Positions 19,096 through 28,469 are shown, counted from the first letter of the stretch. The stretch: DNA of 36,584 nt from a virus (IMGVR_UViG_2718218304_000003); one strand, 5' to 3'. Numbers and translations are program-made. Notes: generated by a model not told the origin, from the letters alone.

Positions 19096-19746
19096 TCAGC
19101 GGCTGTCATTGCGCAGTCTGCGCTCCAGCTGCTGTTTGTCTTTTTTCACGCCACAGCGGGGATCGAGCTGTAACGCATGGTTGAGATGATTAAGGGCAGA
19201 CGCCGGATTGCTTTCACTCAGGACCGCGCCAATCGCTTTATGCAGACGCGCCCGTGACTGGTCCGGCATATCCAGACCGTCTGTCAGCTCCAGCGTCTGC
19301 AGCAACAGATCGGCATCAAAGCCGGTGGTGGCAAGCATTGCGCTCTGCGCGGCGTCTGCCATTTCCTCTGCCAGCACGGTCTGCACGTTGCGGTTACCCA
19401 GCGGCATCACCCAGCCATGACGCAGGGCATGACGCCCGATCTCCAGCGCTCCGGCATAATCTCCGGCATCAATGCGCCACAGCATCACGTACATCAGCAC
19501 GTCATCCTGTTGAGCGCCTCCGGCAGCCAGGACACCCTCTGCCCAGGCGGCGTACTTCGGCAGCAGCTCCACCTTGATTTCCGCTTTTTTGACCGTGGAC
19601 TGAACGCCCTTGAGACGGCGGCGGTCTTCCGCCAGTTGCAGCAGCATCAGGTCATAGCCCGATGCGTGGCGAACACTGCCGCCCTCCCGGGCGGCCTGTT
19701 CAGCCTGAACGCGCAGGCGATGCTGCCGTGCGGGACTCAGGCTCAT
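19096..19746 (-). CDS. M: terminase endonuclease (small) subunit gpM
   Basis: 216 aa; position between N and L. Confidence 0.8.
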   Translation of the reverse strand: MSLSPARQHRLRVQAEQAAREGGSVRHASGYDLMLLQLAEDRRRLKGVQSTVKKAEIKVELLPKYAAWAEGVLAAGGAQQDDVLMYVMLWRIDAGDYAGALEIGRHALRHGWVMPLGNRNVQTVLAEEMADAAQSAMLATTGFDADLLLQTLELTDGLDMPDQSRARLHKAIGAVLSESNPASALNHLNHALQLDPRCGVKKDKQQLERRLRNDSR

Positions 19747-19749
19747 GGA

Positions 19750-20808
19750 TTACGCTCCGGTTTCGGCTGCGGCGGCGCTGAAATCACCAATCTGGATGTT
19801 TTCCACCAGTGCGGCGCAGCGGTAGTCCTCAACCACATAGGCTTCGTTAACGGATTCAAAGTTTTCAATCCGGTCACGTTTCGGGTTGTCGATAACTGAA
19901 CGGCGGCGGGTGTCTTCCTGCCAGTAGATGGACAGGTTATCCAGACGGGTGATCAGCAGCGCATTCGGCGGGAAGAACGGCGCACGCACGGCCTGCAGGC
20001 CACCCATGCGTTTCTGACTGATGATCATATCGGCAGCCAGTTTTTCACTGTTTTCCTGCTCTTTGTTGACCAGCGGGAAATACTTGTCAGACAGCAGTTC
20101 ACGACCGCAAATCACCACCAGATCGTCATCGTCCTGATAGACCACGTCGATAAGCTCATTAACGGCATCCATCACCACGGCGTCCAGGTTGGCATATTCG
20201 CCACCTTTCCCGACTTTCACCGCACCCGGTGTGGTTTCACCGCCCGTGGTGGTGCTGCCCATGACGTGATCCGGTGCATCCTCACGGATTTTCTGCAGCC
20301 AGCCTTTATTCACATCCTGCAGTAACGGGTTTTCGCTACGGTTGGAGGTTTTCGCACGCTTCACGCCGTTAAAGCCGATCATGATGCGGTCCAGTGCCTG
20401 ACGTTTCACGATGGCGTCACGGATACGCACCTGAAAATCCTGAAACTTCGCCCACAGGTCCAGCTTCGCGTAGGTCAGTACCGTGTCAAAGTTGGTCTGC
20501 TCGCATTTATATTCCACATCGACCATCAGCGTCGGATCGACAGGTTCACGCTCTTTCGCGGTGGTATCAGTGGTTCCGGCAATGGTGCTGCCAACTCCCA
20601 ACCCCAGCAGCTGACCGGACTGCTCAGTCACTGGCGTGACGTTAATCAGCGTCAGGAAAGCGGCGGACTGCTGGATCTGGTCTTCCAATGTCTGCTGCAC
20701 GGACGGCTCCACGGTGAACTTGCTGGACAGTTCTTCAACTGCCACACCGTTCAGACGCGCCAGTTGCTGCAGGTAAGCGTTAAAAGCAAAGCGGGTATTC
20801 TTCTTCAT
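19750..20808 (-). CDS. N: major capsid protein gpN
   Basis: 352 aa (P2 N is 357); capsid-like sequence. Confidence 0.9.
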   Translation of the reverse strand: MKKNTRFAFNAYLQQLARLNGVAVEELSSKFTVEPSVQQTLEDQIQQSAAFLTLINVTPVTEQSGQLLGLGVGSTIAGTTDTTAKEREPVDPTLMVDVEYKCEQTNFDTVLTYAKLDLWAKFQDFQVRIRDAIVKRQALDRIMIGFNGVKRAKTSNRSENPLLQDVNKGWLQKIREDAPDHVMGSTTTGGETTPGAVKVGKGGEYANLDAVVMDAVNELIDVVYQDDDDLVVICGRELLSDKYFPLVNKEQENSEKLAADMIISQKRMGGLQAVRAPFFPPNALLITRLDNLSIYWQEDTRRRSVIDNPKRDRIENFESVNEAYVVEDYRCAALVENIQIGDFSAAAAETGA

Positions 20809-20824
20809 CAGGTTTTGTGCTCCA

Positions 20825-21658
20825 TCAGCAATTGGTCAGAGTGTCAGCGGGGGCGTTACCGCCTGTTGCACGCTGGCGGTAGTCCTGGCGGCTGTCTTCT
20901 TGGCTCAGCTTGTCCACCAGTTCGTTAAAGGCGGTCTGCTGTGCCTGCAGGGCAGTCTCCAGCTCAGACAGGCGTTCTTCCTGCTCAGACAGGGATTTTT
21001 CGGTGCGCGCACTCAGGTTCTGCTGCTCAGTGGCGACCAGTTCCACGGCCTTATGCACATCAGAGAACCGGGCGTCATCGGACTGCTCTTTTTTGGTGAA
21101 CAGCGCCGTGACACGGGCAAACAGGGACGGTTTGTCATCCTGGATTTCTTCCAGTTCGATCACCGTTTCCTCTGCAGCGGTAAAAAGATTGGCGGGATTC
21201 TGCTTGCGGTTTGCCAGCGGGTTATGGGCTGCACTGGCGCTGAATGTCAGCATTTCAGTGCCCAGACTGGCAGGGTCATCAGTGGCAGCCAGGCCGACCA
21301 GGTAGGCTTTGCCCGTATCAGCAAACTTCGGGCTGACTTCCATAGAGGTGAATAATTTCTGGCCTTTTTTCACCAGTTCCACCAGTGATTCCGTTGGCTC
21401 AACGTCGGCATACAGCGCCATCTTGCCTGCCAGCGGACCTTCCGTGATTTCTTCAGCAAACAGCGCCGTCACCTTGCCGTAGCGGTTAAAGGTGCTGTCC
21501 GGCAGATAAGACTTGATGTGCTCAAGGTTAATCAGCGCGGTGTACATCGTCGGGTTGTAGCTGGCTGCCATCTGTTCCAGCCATTCACGCTGGATTTCGC
21601 GTCCGTCGGTGGTGGCACCTTCCACCCCGATGCGAAAACGCTTTGCTTTCACTGTCAT
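20825..21658 (-). CDS. O: capsid scaffolding protein gpO
   Basis: 277 aa with coiled-coil C-terminus; divergent from P. Confidence 0.85.
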   Translation of the reverse strand: MTVKAKRFRIGVEGATTDGREIQREWLEQMAASYNPTMYTALINLEHIKSYLPDSTFNRYGKVTALFAEEITEGPLAGKMALYADVEPTESLVELVKKGQKLFTSMEVSPKFADTGKAYLVGLAATDDPASLGTEMLTFSASAAHNPLANRKQNPANLFTAAEETVIELEEIQDDKPSLFARVTALFTKKEQSDDARFSDVHKAVELVATEQQNLSARTEKSLSEQEERLSELETALQAQQTAFNELVDKLSQEDSRQDYRQRATGGNAPADTLTNC

Positions 21659-21736
21659 GAGCTGTGCTCCGTTAGAAAAAACTTACTGGAGCCTTATGGT
21701 TGCGGTGATGGGGGCAGTGAAACAATGCGCGGTATT

Positions 21737-21754
21737 TGTACCGACAACCACACA
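21737..21754. promoter_or_regulatory. candidate late-promoter activator site (TGT-N12-ACA) in the O/P divergent region
   Basis: TGTACCGACAACCACACA in the 142-bp O-P intergenic region; weaker dyad symmetry than the other two. Confidence 0.35.
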
Positions 21755-21800
21755 AACCGCAGGCGGGGAAAGCCTTCATTCAAGGTTGTAGGTTTGTGCC

Positions 21801-23567
21801 ATGAACACCACACTGACACCCGCAGATCTCGATCCCCGTCGGCAGGCCATGCTGCTGTACTTTCAGGGATACCGCGTAGCCCGCATTGCTGAAATGCTGG
21901 GCGAGAAAGTTGCAACCGTTCACAGCTGGAAAAAACGCGACAAGTGGGGTGACTATGGGCCGCTGGATCAGATGCAGCTCACCACCGCCGCACGCTATTG
22001 CCAGCTCATTATGAAGGAGCACAAAGAAGGGAAAGATTTCAAAGAAATTGACCTGCTGGCACGCCAGTCGGAGCGCCACGCGCGGATCGGCAAGTTTAAC
22101 AATGGCGGCAACGAAGCCGACTTAAACCCTAACGTCGCCAACCGCAACAAAGGGCCGCGCCGTCAGCCGGAAAAGAATGTTTTCACCGATGAACAGATTG
22201 AGAAGCTGGAAGAAATCTTCCATTCCTCCATGTTCAACTACCAGCGCCACTGGTGGGAAGCTGGAAAAACCAACCGCATCCGTAATCTGCTGAAGTCACG
22301 CCAGATCGGCGCGACCTTTTACTTTGCCCGTGAAGCCCTGATTGACGCCCTGCTTACCGGACGTAACCAGATTTTCCTTTCTGCCAGTAAGGCACAGGCT
22401 CACGTCTTTAAGCAATACATCATCGACTTCGCCAAAGAAGTCGAGGTGGAGCTGAAAGGCGATCCGATGGTGCTTCCTAACGGGGCCACGCTTTACTTCC
22501 TCGGCACCAATGCCCGCACTGCCCAGAGTTATCACGGCAACCTGTATCTGGATGAATATTTCTGGATACCGAAATTCCAGGAGCTGCGCAAAGTGGCTTC
22601 CGGTATGGCTATTCACAAAAAATGGCGACAAACCTATTTTTCCACGCCATCCAGCCTGACACACAGTGCTTATCCGTTCTGGTCTGGTGCGCTGTTCAAC
22701 CGTGGGCGCAACAAAGCCGATAAGGTGGACATCGACCTGTCCCACAGCAATCTGGCCCCCGGCCTGCTGTGCGCAGACGGGCAATACCGCCAGATAGTCA
22801 CCGTGGAAGATGCAGTGCGCGGCGGATGTAACCTTTTCGACCTCGATCAGTTGCGCATGGAGTACAGCCCGGACGAATACCAGAACCTGCTGATGTGCGA
22901 GTTTGTGGACGATCTCGCGTCCGTGTTCCCGCTCAGCGAGCTGCAGGCGTGCATGGTGGACAGTTGGGAAGTCTGGAGCGACTTTCATGCACTGGCCCTG
23001 CGCCCGTTTGGCTGGCGCGAAGTGTGGATCGGTTATGACCCGGCAAAAGGTACGCAAAACGGCGACAGCGCCGGGTGCGTGGTGGTGGCACCGCCAGCCG
23101 TGCCGGGCGGTAAGTTCCGCATTCTTGAGCGTCACCAGTGGCGCGGGATGGACTTCCGCGCCCAGGCTGACGCCATCAAAAAACTGACTGAACAGTACAA
23201 CGTGACATACATCGGTATCGACTCAACCGGCGTCGGTCACGGGGTTTACGAGAACGTGAAAGCGTTTTTTCCTGCCGTCCGGGAGTTTGTCTACAACCCC
23301 AACGTTAAAAACGCCCTGGTACTCAAGGCCTACGACATTATTAGCCACCGCCGCCTGGAGTTTGACGCTGGGCACACCGACATAGCGCAGTCCTTTATGG
23401 CAATCCGTCGCGCCACCACTGCCAGCGGCAACCGCCCGACCTATGAAGCCAGCCGCAGCGAAGAAGCCAGCCACGCCGATCTGGCCTGGGCAACAATGCA
23501 CGCACTGTTTAATGAACCGCTGCAGGGCGAGTCCGCCAATACCAGCAATATTGTGGAGATTTTTTGA
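21801..23567 (+). CDS. P: terminase ATPase (large) subunit gpP
   Basis: 588 aa; near-collinear with P2 P (PADL.PRR, LLY.QGYRVA.IAE.LGEK, TVHSWK.RD, KSRQIGAT.YFA.EAL). Confidence 0.9.
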   Translation: MNTTLTPADLDPRRQAMLLYFQGYRVARIAEMLGEKVATVHSWKKRDKWGDYGPLDQMQLTTAARYCQLIMKEHKEGKDFKEIDLLARQSERHARIGKFNNGGNEADLNPNVANRNKGPRRQPEKNVFTDEQIEKLEEIFHSSMFNYQRHWWEAGKTNRIRNLLKSRQIGATFYFAREALIDALLTGRNQIFLSASKAQAHVFKQYIIDFAKEVEVELKGDPMVLPNGATLYFLGTNARTAQSYHGNLYLDEYFWIPKFQELRKVASGMAIHKKWRQTYFSTPSSLTHSAYPFWSGALFNRGRNKADKVDIDLSHSNLAPGLLCADGQYRQIVTVEDAVRGGCNLFDLDQLRMEYSPDEYQNLLMCEFVDDLASVFPLSELQACMVDSWEVWSDFHALALRPFGWREVWIGYDPAKGTQNGDSAGCVVVAPPAVPGGKFRILERHQWRGMDFRAQADAIKKLTEQYNVTYIGIDSTGVGHGVYENVKAFFPAVREFVYNPNVKNALVLKAYDIISHRRLEFDAGHTDIAQSFMAIRRATTASGNRPTYEASRSEEASHADLAWATMHALFNEPLQGESANTSNIVEIF

Positions 23568-24592
23568 TGGGAAAGAGTAAGAAAAACCGCGCTGCGGCGA
23601 CGAATCAGCTCAAGCATAAAAGCCAAACTTCAGCCGAAGCATTCAGCTTTGGCGATCCCGTTCCTGTTCTGGACCGCCGTGAACTGCTGGACTATGTGGA
23701 ATGCGTACAGATGGATCGCTGGTATGAGCCGCCCGTCAGCTTTGACGGACTGGCACGAACCTTCCGCGCCGCCGTGCATCACAGCTCACCAATTGCGGTG
23801 AAATGCAACATTCTGACCAGTACCTACATCCCTCACCCGCTGCTCAGCCAGCAGGCTTTTTCACGTTTTGTGCAGGACTATCTGGTATTTGGTAACGCCT
23901 ACCTGGAGAAACGCACGAACCGCTTCGGTGAAGTTATCGCCCTTGAGCCTGCTCTGGCAAAATACACCCGACGCGGGTTAGACCTGGATACCTACTGGTT
24001 TGTGCAATACGGTATGACAACCCAGCCGTATCAGTTCACGAAAGGCAGCATTTTTCATCTGATGGAACCTGACATCAACCAGGAGATCTACGGCCTACCA
24101 GGTTATCTTTCTGCCATTCCGTCAGCCCTGCTCAACGAGTCCGCCACGCTGTTCCGCCGGAAGTATTACATTAACGGCAGCCATGCAGGCTTCATCATGT
24201 ACATGACCGATGCCGCGCAGAACCAGGAGGATGTGAACAACCTCCGCAATGCGATGAAAAGCGCCAAAGGCCCTGGCAACTTCCGCAACCTGTTTATGTA
24301 CTCGCCTAACGGCAAAAAGGACGGGCTTCAGATCATCCCGTTGTCAGAAGTCGCGGCGAAGGATGAATTTCTGAACATCAAGAACGTCAGCCGTGATGAC
24401 ATGATGGCGGCACACCGCGTACCGCCTCAGATGATGGGAATTTTGCCGAATAATGTTGGGGGTTTTGGTGATGTGGAGAAGGCGAGCTGCGTCTTCGTAA
24501 GAAATGAACTATTACCACTTCAAAAAAGATTCATGGAAATAAATAGATGGCTTGGTCATGAAATTATAAATTTTGAAATATATACATTATAA
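23564..24592 (+). CDS. Q: portal protein gpQ
   Basis: 342 aa (P2 Q is 344); coupled to P (ATGA overlap); last ~35 codons AT-rich. Confidence 0.9.
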   Translation: MMGKSKKNRAAATNQLKHKSQTSAEAFSFGDPVPVLDRRELLDYVECVQMDRWYEPPVSFDGLARTFRAAVHHSSPIAVKCNILTSTYIPHPLLSQQAFSRFVQDYLVFGNAYLEKRTNRFGEVIALEPALAKYTRRGLDLDTYWFVQYGMTTQPYQFTKGSIFHLMEPDINQEIYGLPGYLSAIPSALLNESATLFRRKYYINGSHAGFIMYMTDAAQNQEDVNNLRNAMKSAKGPGNFRNLFMYSPNGKKDGLQIIPLSEVAAKDEFLNIKNVSRDDMMAAHRVPPQMMGILPNNVGGFGDVEKASCVFVRNELLPLQKRFMEINRWLGHEIINFEIYTL

Positions 24593-24597
24593 AACCC

Positions 24598-24620
24598 AAC
24601 GGCATCACAATGATGCCGTT
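24598..24620. terminator. hairpin between convergent Q and PIN-like gene
   Basis: 10-bp stem AACGGCATCA / TGATGCCGTT with 3-nt loop; T-rich on the minus-strand side. Confidence 0.4.
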
Positions 24621-24635
24621 ATGAACGAATTAATA

Positions 24636-25691
24636 TTAAAAATTATTTTCTTCAATAGAGAACTCAATCCCTCGGGATAACTTATCAATATTCACATCAA
24701 ATGCGATATCTGTTAATTCACCATCCTCGATTTCATACATAACTTCAATTTCAATATCGAAACTAATCTCTTGAACTTCAGTTCGTGTGGTTGTCTCCAT
24801 TGGAATCATTACTTTATCTTCGCTATCCCAATACCCATTATTAAAGTCTGGACCAGAAACAGTAACTTCAAAATCTACAGAAACAGAGAAGGTCGCTAGA
24901 CAATAATTATTGTCAATCTTAATTATTGATGGTTCAAAGTCATCAATATTGACGACTTCAAATGAATCCAATTCAGCGTCTTCCCAAGTTGAAACGTTAT
25001 ATCCATCGGCATCATTGAGTTGGGCAATTACGTCCGCTCTTATGTCTTCACGTTTGCTTTCGATAAACTGCATCAATTTATTACTTAATTCGTTTGTATG
25101 CGTATTGTATTCACCTAGAAACTTATCAAGTGAATCAATTTGATGAAGATTGTTTTTACCATCACAATAATTTTTTAAGTCACTATCCTCAGAAATGATA
25201 TACACATCTTCATCATTAACAAATCGCTCTACCGCAGCTAAAGTGATTGCATCAGGAAACTCACTTTTTTTCTTATTTTGCCCAAATGGTGGTTCTTTGC
25301 CAAAGTATTTATCTAAAACCTCATTAAGATCTATCACTTCTATTGTAGCTAATTTGGCGTGACATCCTTTCAAAAAATCATCAAAAACTTTTTGTGCTGC
25401 TTCGTGAATTTCATGTTCGTTAAATTGCTGAAAAAAACCATGGAGCGGTCCATTATCAATACTATTCAAAAGCCTAGCTTTTCTTTGTACTGTGTTTATA
25501 GCCTGCAGAGCATCCTTTATTGATTCCTCTATTTTACCTTTTACTTCTCTCTCTACAACTGTAGTTGTAATTAAGACTAAATCACCTTTCGCACATAATT
25601 CATGGAAAGCTTTAAATGCTACCCCCTCAAAATGAAGACCAGCCTTTACGTACGTTTGTGTGTCAATAAATACCTTATTTGTTTTAAGCAT
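24636..25691 (-). CDS. PIN-like domain protein with acidic C-terminal domain; candidate accessory/defence gene
   Basis: 351 aa; SD AGGA before ATG; N-terminus has PIN-style motifs (VFIDT ... VVERE ... IISEDSDL); C-terminal ~150 aa very acidic; AT-rich gene. Confidence 0.7.
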   Translation of the reverse strand: MLKTNKVFIDTQTYVKAGLHFEGVAFKAFHELCAKGDLVLITTTVVEREVKGKIEESIKDALQAINTVQRKARLLNSIDNGPLHGFFQQFNEHEIHEAAQKVFDDFLKGCHAKLATIEVIDLNEVLDKYFGKEPPFGQNKKKSEFPDAITLAAVERFVNDEDVYIISEDSDLKNYCDGKNNLHQIDSLDKFLGEYNTHTNELSNKLMQFIESKREDIRADVIAQLNDADGYNVSTWEDAELDSFEVVNIDDFEPSIIKIDNNYCLATFSVSVDFEVTVSGPDFNNGYWDSEDKVMIPMETTTRTEVQEISFDIEIEVMYEIEDGELTDIAFDVNIDKLSRGIEFSIEENNF

Positions 25692-25810
25692 ACTAATCCT
25701 AATAAGTTTTAAGATCCGCTACAATTGTTTATGTTTATTTTTTATCAATAATCATACGTAGTTAAGATTATCCATGTCGAAAAATTAAATCAACTTCAAT
25801 TTATCCTTAA

Positions 25811-25845
25811 GCGCGCGCTCGTATCCCCGCCACGCCTGCCCGCTT
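25811..25845. other. possible cos (cohesive end) region
   Basis: GC-rich block whose reverse complement reads GGCGTGGCGGGGA, resembling the P2/186 cohesive-end sequence as I recall it; expected between old/tin-equivalent genes and Q. Confidence 0.3.
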
Positions 25846-25881
25846 TATGTAGTGGTTTTCATGCAGGTGCATGACATAAGC

Positions 25882-25905
25882 AAAAGCCCGCCAGTTCTGG
25901 CGGGC
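25882..25905 (-). terminator. putative terminator after the two-gene accessory operon
   Basis: Stem GCCCGCC / GGCGGGC (25886-25892 / 25899-25905) followed on the minus strand by UUUU (25882-25885). Confidence 0.4.
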
Positions 25906-26050
25906 CTCAGCAAAAACGATCCTAAAACGATCATGCGGATTCATGCAGCATAGACATGCAAAGCTTGTTAGAACGGTGATTCCCATGTTAAAGGAGGCTT
26001 ACTCTTGTTGAGGTTAAACATCCACAGTAACTCCTGCCAATACGAACACT

Positions 26051-26587
26051 TTATTCATCATAGTGTTCTAATTTCGCTTTTGCTAAACGTCCATGTAAGT
26101 GATTAACAAAATGTAAATTATTCAAAATCAGGCTCATAACGCATTTTAATTGCATCCAGCTAATAAAGTAAATGAAGAAAATACCAATGTATTTAAACAA
26201 GTCTTTATTAGCTTGATAAACAGGTAATGCATAAAACACTGCCTTAACCAAAAAGAAAATTAGAATCCCAGCCATAACACAAGCAGATGTGATTATTGTA
26301 TAAACTAATTTCTCTATTCTTGGTGAGTCATGCTCATTTTTTATATAACTTACATCATCCTTAACAATACTATTCATTGCATTCGGATATAAAAAACCGA
26401 CCCATAAACCGACAATAGTGAATATAGATGCTGAAATATTTATAAGCGCACCTAAAATATCTTTTGCATCATTATAGGAAAAACTTTTGAACGAAAAATA
26501 GCTTATAACGCAGCACAAAACAACAGCAACAAAATTAATCGCCTGCTGTTTTGCAACTGTTATTATCAAACCTTCCGTTTCTGTCAT
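26051..26587 (-). CDS. 4-TM membrane protein, second gene of candidate accessory/defence operon
   Basis: 178 aa with four hydrophobic helices; ATG 1 nt after the stop of the upstream gene; SD GGAAGG inside upstream gene. Confidence 0.75.
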   Translation of the reverse strand: MTETEGLIITVAKQQAINFVAVVLCCVISYFSFKSFSYNDAKDILGALINISASIFTIVGLWVGFLYPNAMNSIVKDDVSYIKNEHDSPRIEKLVYTIITSACVMAGILIFFLVKAVFYALPVYQANKDLFKYIGIFFIYFISWMQLKCVMSLILNNLHFVNHLHGRLAKAKLEHYDE

Positions 26588-26588
26588 A

Positions 26589-27788
26589 TCAACCTTCCGC
26601 TATCTTTTTTGTGGATGCAGCTTCAGATTCTTTAATGGATGCTTCCTCAGCATATTTTACTTCACTAATCAAATCATCACGAATTTTGTTTATTTCATCC
26701 AGTAAAAAACGCGCTGAATAATGCTCAACCCCATCCGAATCTTGAAGAGGAAGTTTAGTCCTGGCTACATAGCTACTGAGCCAAACCGGATTAGCACGAT
26801 CAGCCAGTAAAAAACCCACATCCCATTCAGACTCTTCACCTCTCATTGAGAAGAGATTTCGAAGCTCATCCGATGATGGTGCACCGTCAATTTTAACTTC
26901 AATTTTACGAGGCTGCTCCAAAACAGGAGGTGCCCCAATAAGCTTATTACGCTTTTCTTCACCCACCAGAGATGCTAAAGCTACACTTGTTAGCTTCAAC
27001 AATGGTTGCCTTGTGTCATTTTGGTTTATTACCGTTGTATCCTTTATCAATGTGTGTGTAATTTTATGCCTTAACCTTTCAAAGTTTTCCTCAGCGGCTT
27101 TAAGTTTTGTTTCTTCCAATACAAACTTGAAGATACAGTTTATCTCATTTTTGCCATCTTTATATTGAAACTTAGTATTGTAGACATCCACACAACGACC
27201 AGGGGTCTTAGCTGATTCAAATGTACGCTTAGATTTCGTTCTTTTACCTAACTTACTATTATTATTTACATGCTGAATGAAGTATTGTGCGAAGAGATAA
27301 GTATCAGCGAAAGAATGGGGGAATCTGATTGATGCTATTTTATTCAACTCAGGAATAATCCAGTAATAGCAGGGTTCACCCCAAATTATTTTATCCTCAC
27401 CATGTTCTCTTCCCGCCCTAATGGTTCCTTTACTATCACCACTTACTTTAGAACCGACCTTAATACCATGTATTCCGTTACCGTTCCCCACTTCACGGTA
27501 TAAAACAATTACTGCATCTTTAGTCTGGCTGTCCCTCACAAGGCCTCGACTGTAAACTCGTGTTCGCAGAGGTTGTTCTTCTTTATTCCATGGGAGAGTC
27601 TGCTCAAAATTTTTATCCTTGAGCCACCCTTCTAAATCGTCCAAAACCCCCATAAGATCGCCGAATTTATAATCAAGCTCTTCGGGTTTATTCTTTAAAC
27701 GATAAAACCCACAAGCAGTAATATCAAAGAAGGTGATTGAGCCGTTGTCCACTAAAACTCCTTTTTGCCAAAGCAACACACGATACAT
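26589..27788 (-). CDS. unknown soluble protein, first gene of candidate accessory/defence operon
   Basis: 399-aa ORF, AT-rich, no family I can name; R-x4-H motif (RHKITH); translationally coupled to the membrane gene. Confidence 0.7.
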   Translation of the reverse strand: MYRVLLWQKGVLVDNGSITFFDITACGFYRLKNKPEELDYKFGDLMGVLDDLEGWLKDKNFEQTLPWNKEEQPLRTRVYSRGLVRDSQTKDAVIVLYREVGNGNGIHGIKVGSKVSGDSKGTIRAGREHGEDKIIWGEPCYYWIIPELNKIASIRFPHSFADTYLFAQYFIQHVNNNSKLGKRTKSKRTFESAKTPGRCVDVYNTKFQYKDGKNEINCIFKFVLEETKLKAAEENFERLRHKITHTLIKDTTVINQNDTRQPLLKLTSVALASLVGEEKRNKLIGAPPVLEQPRKIEVKIDGAPSSDELRNLFSMRGEESEWDVGFLLADRANPVWLSSYVARTKLPLQDSDGVEHYSARFLLDEINKIRDDLISEVKYAEEASIKESEAASTKKIAEG

Positions 27789-27955
27789 TTTTCACGTATA
27801 CCATCAGAATCGTCCCTAAACTTCAAGTTACTTATGATAATCAAGAAAGCTGTCGAATGTTGTTGCATAGGCCAAAGTTTCAGGGGAACAAGGCATTCTT
27901 AAATCACTTTTCACTACCCGTTTCTAACGCCTCACGCGGCTCGTTGTTCAACCTT

Positions 27956-27986
27956 GCGGACGATAAAAACCAGTTTTATCGTCCGC
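27956..27986 (-). terminator. strong hairpin after the DinI-like gene
   Basis: 13-bp perfect stem GCGGACGATAAAA / TTTTATCGTCCGC with 5-nt loop, 9 nt downstream of the DinI-like stop. Confidence 0.4.
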
Positions 27987-27994
27987 AACGTTCG

Positions 27995-28228
27995 CTAGTG
28001 TAACCAGCTGTCGTCCTCCCAGACCTTCTGCATAATTTTCATCACTTGTTTTCTTTCTTCGTCCAGTTGCAGTCCGGTCAGTTCCACACCGTTAGAGCTA
28101 CCTTTGCGGATACGAATTACCGTTTTGGGATACAGGGGGCGCAGATTGCGGTAAAGCTCGGATTCAAGGGCGTCCAGTGTAGACTGGCTAATCTTCTGCT
28201 CTTTATCGATCATTATTTCAATGCGCAT
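27995..28228 (-). CDS. DinI-like protein (SOS-inducible; Tum-type antirepressor candidate)
   Basis: DinI-family similarity (MRIEI.IDK, LY.KTVIRIRKGSSNGVELTGL, ER, KIMQKVWEDD.W); start moved to MRIEI, preceded by SD GAGGTGA. Confidence 0.75.
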   Translation of the reverse strand: MRIEIMIDKEQKISQSTLDALESELYRNLRPLYPKTVIRIRKGSSNGVELTGLQLDEERKQVMKIMQKVWEDDSWLH

Positions 28229-28238
28229 AAAAGTCACC

Positions 28239-28427
28239 TCAGCTGATGACATCCATTGAGCGGTTGTATTCATGGGTTCTGATTTTTGCCATGAGTTCAT
28301 CTGTCAGTTCAGAAACCCACTGCAGGGCCAGCCCCTTCTCTTCATCACTACACTCACTAGCCGCTACAAGCTTAAGAAAAAAATCAATGCGCTGGAGCTT
28401 CAAAGACTCCAAAAAATAGTCCTGCAT
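28239..28427 (-). CDS. small protein, first gene of LexA-controlled operon
   Basis: 62-aa ORF with strong SD (GGAGGA) directly downstream of the LexA box; stop 10 nt before the DinI-like start. Confidence 0.5.
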   Translation of the reverse strand: MQDYFLESLKLQRIDFFLKLVAASECSDEEKGLALQWVSELTDELMAKIRTHEYNRSMDVIS

Positions 28428-28469
28428 CTTTCCTCCTATGACACCAAAGCAATGCTGTATACATAACCA

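Noticed and set aside
22296-23135. 279-aa minus-strand ORF inside the terminase large subunit gene
   Set aside because: Antisense to a strongly conserved gene; no start context; Arg/His/Gly-rich translation typical of a spurious frame.
26589-27788. Assigning the 399-aa protein to CBASS/Pycsar cyclases or to HEPN nucleases
   Set aside because: No GS...DxD nucleotidyltransferase motif is found, and the single R-x4-H match is too weak to call a fold without a profile search.
28239-28300. Possible frameshifted single tum gene (the 62-aa ORF and the DinI-like ORF overlap in the ORF track)
   Set aside because: The DinI-like gene has its own internal start (MRIEI at 28228) with SD GAGGTGA, 10 nt after the upstream stop, so two separate coupled genes explain the layout better than a frameshift.
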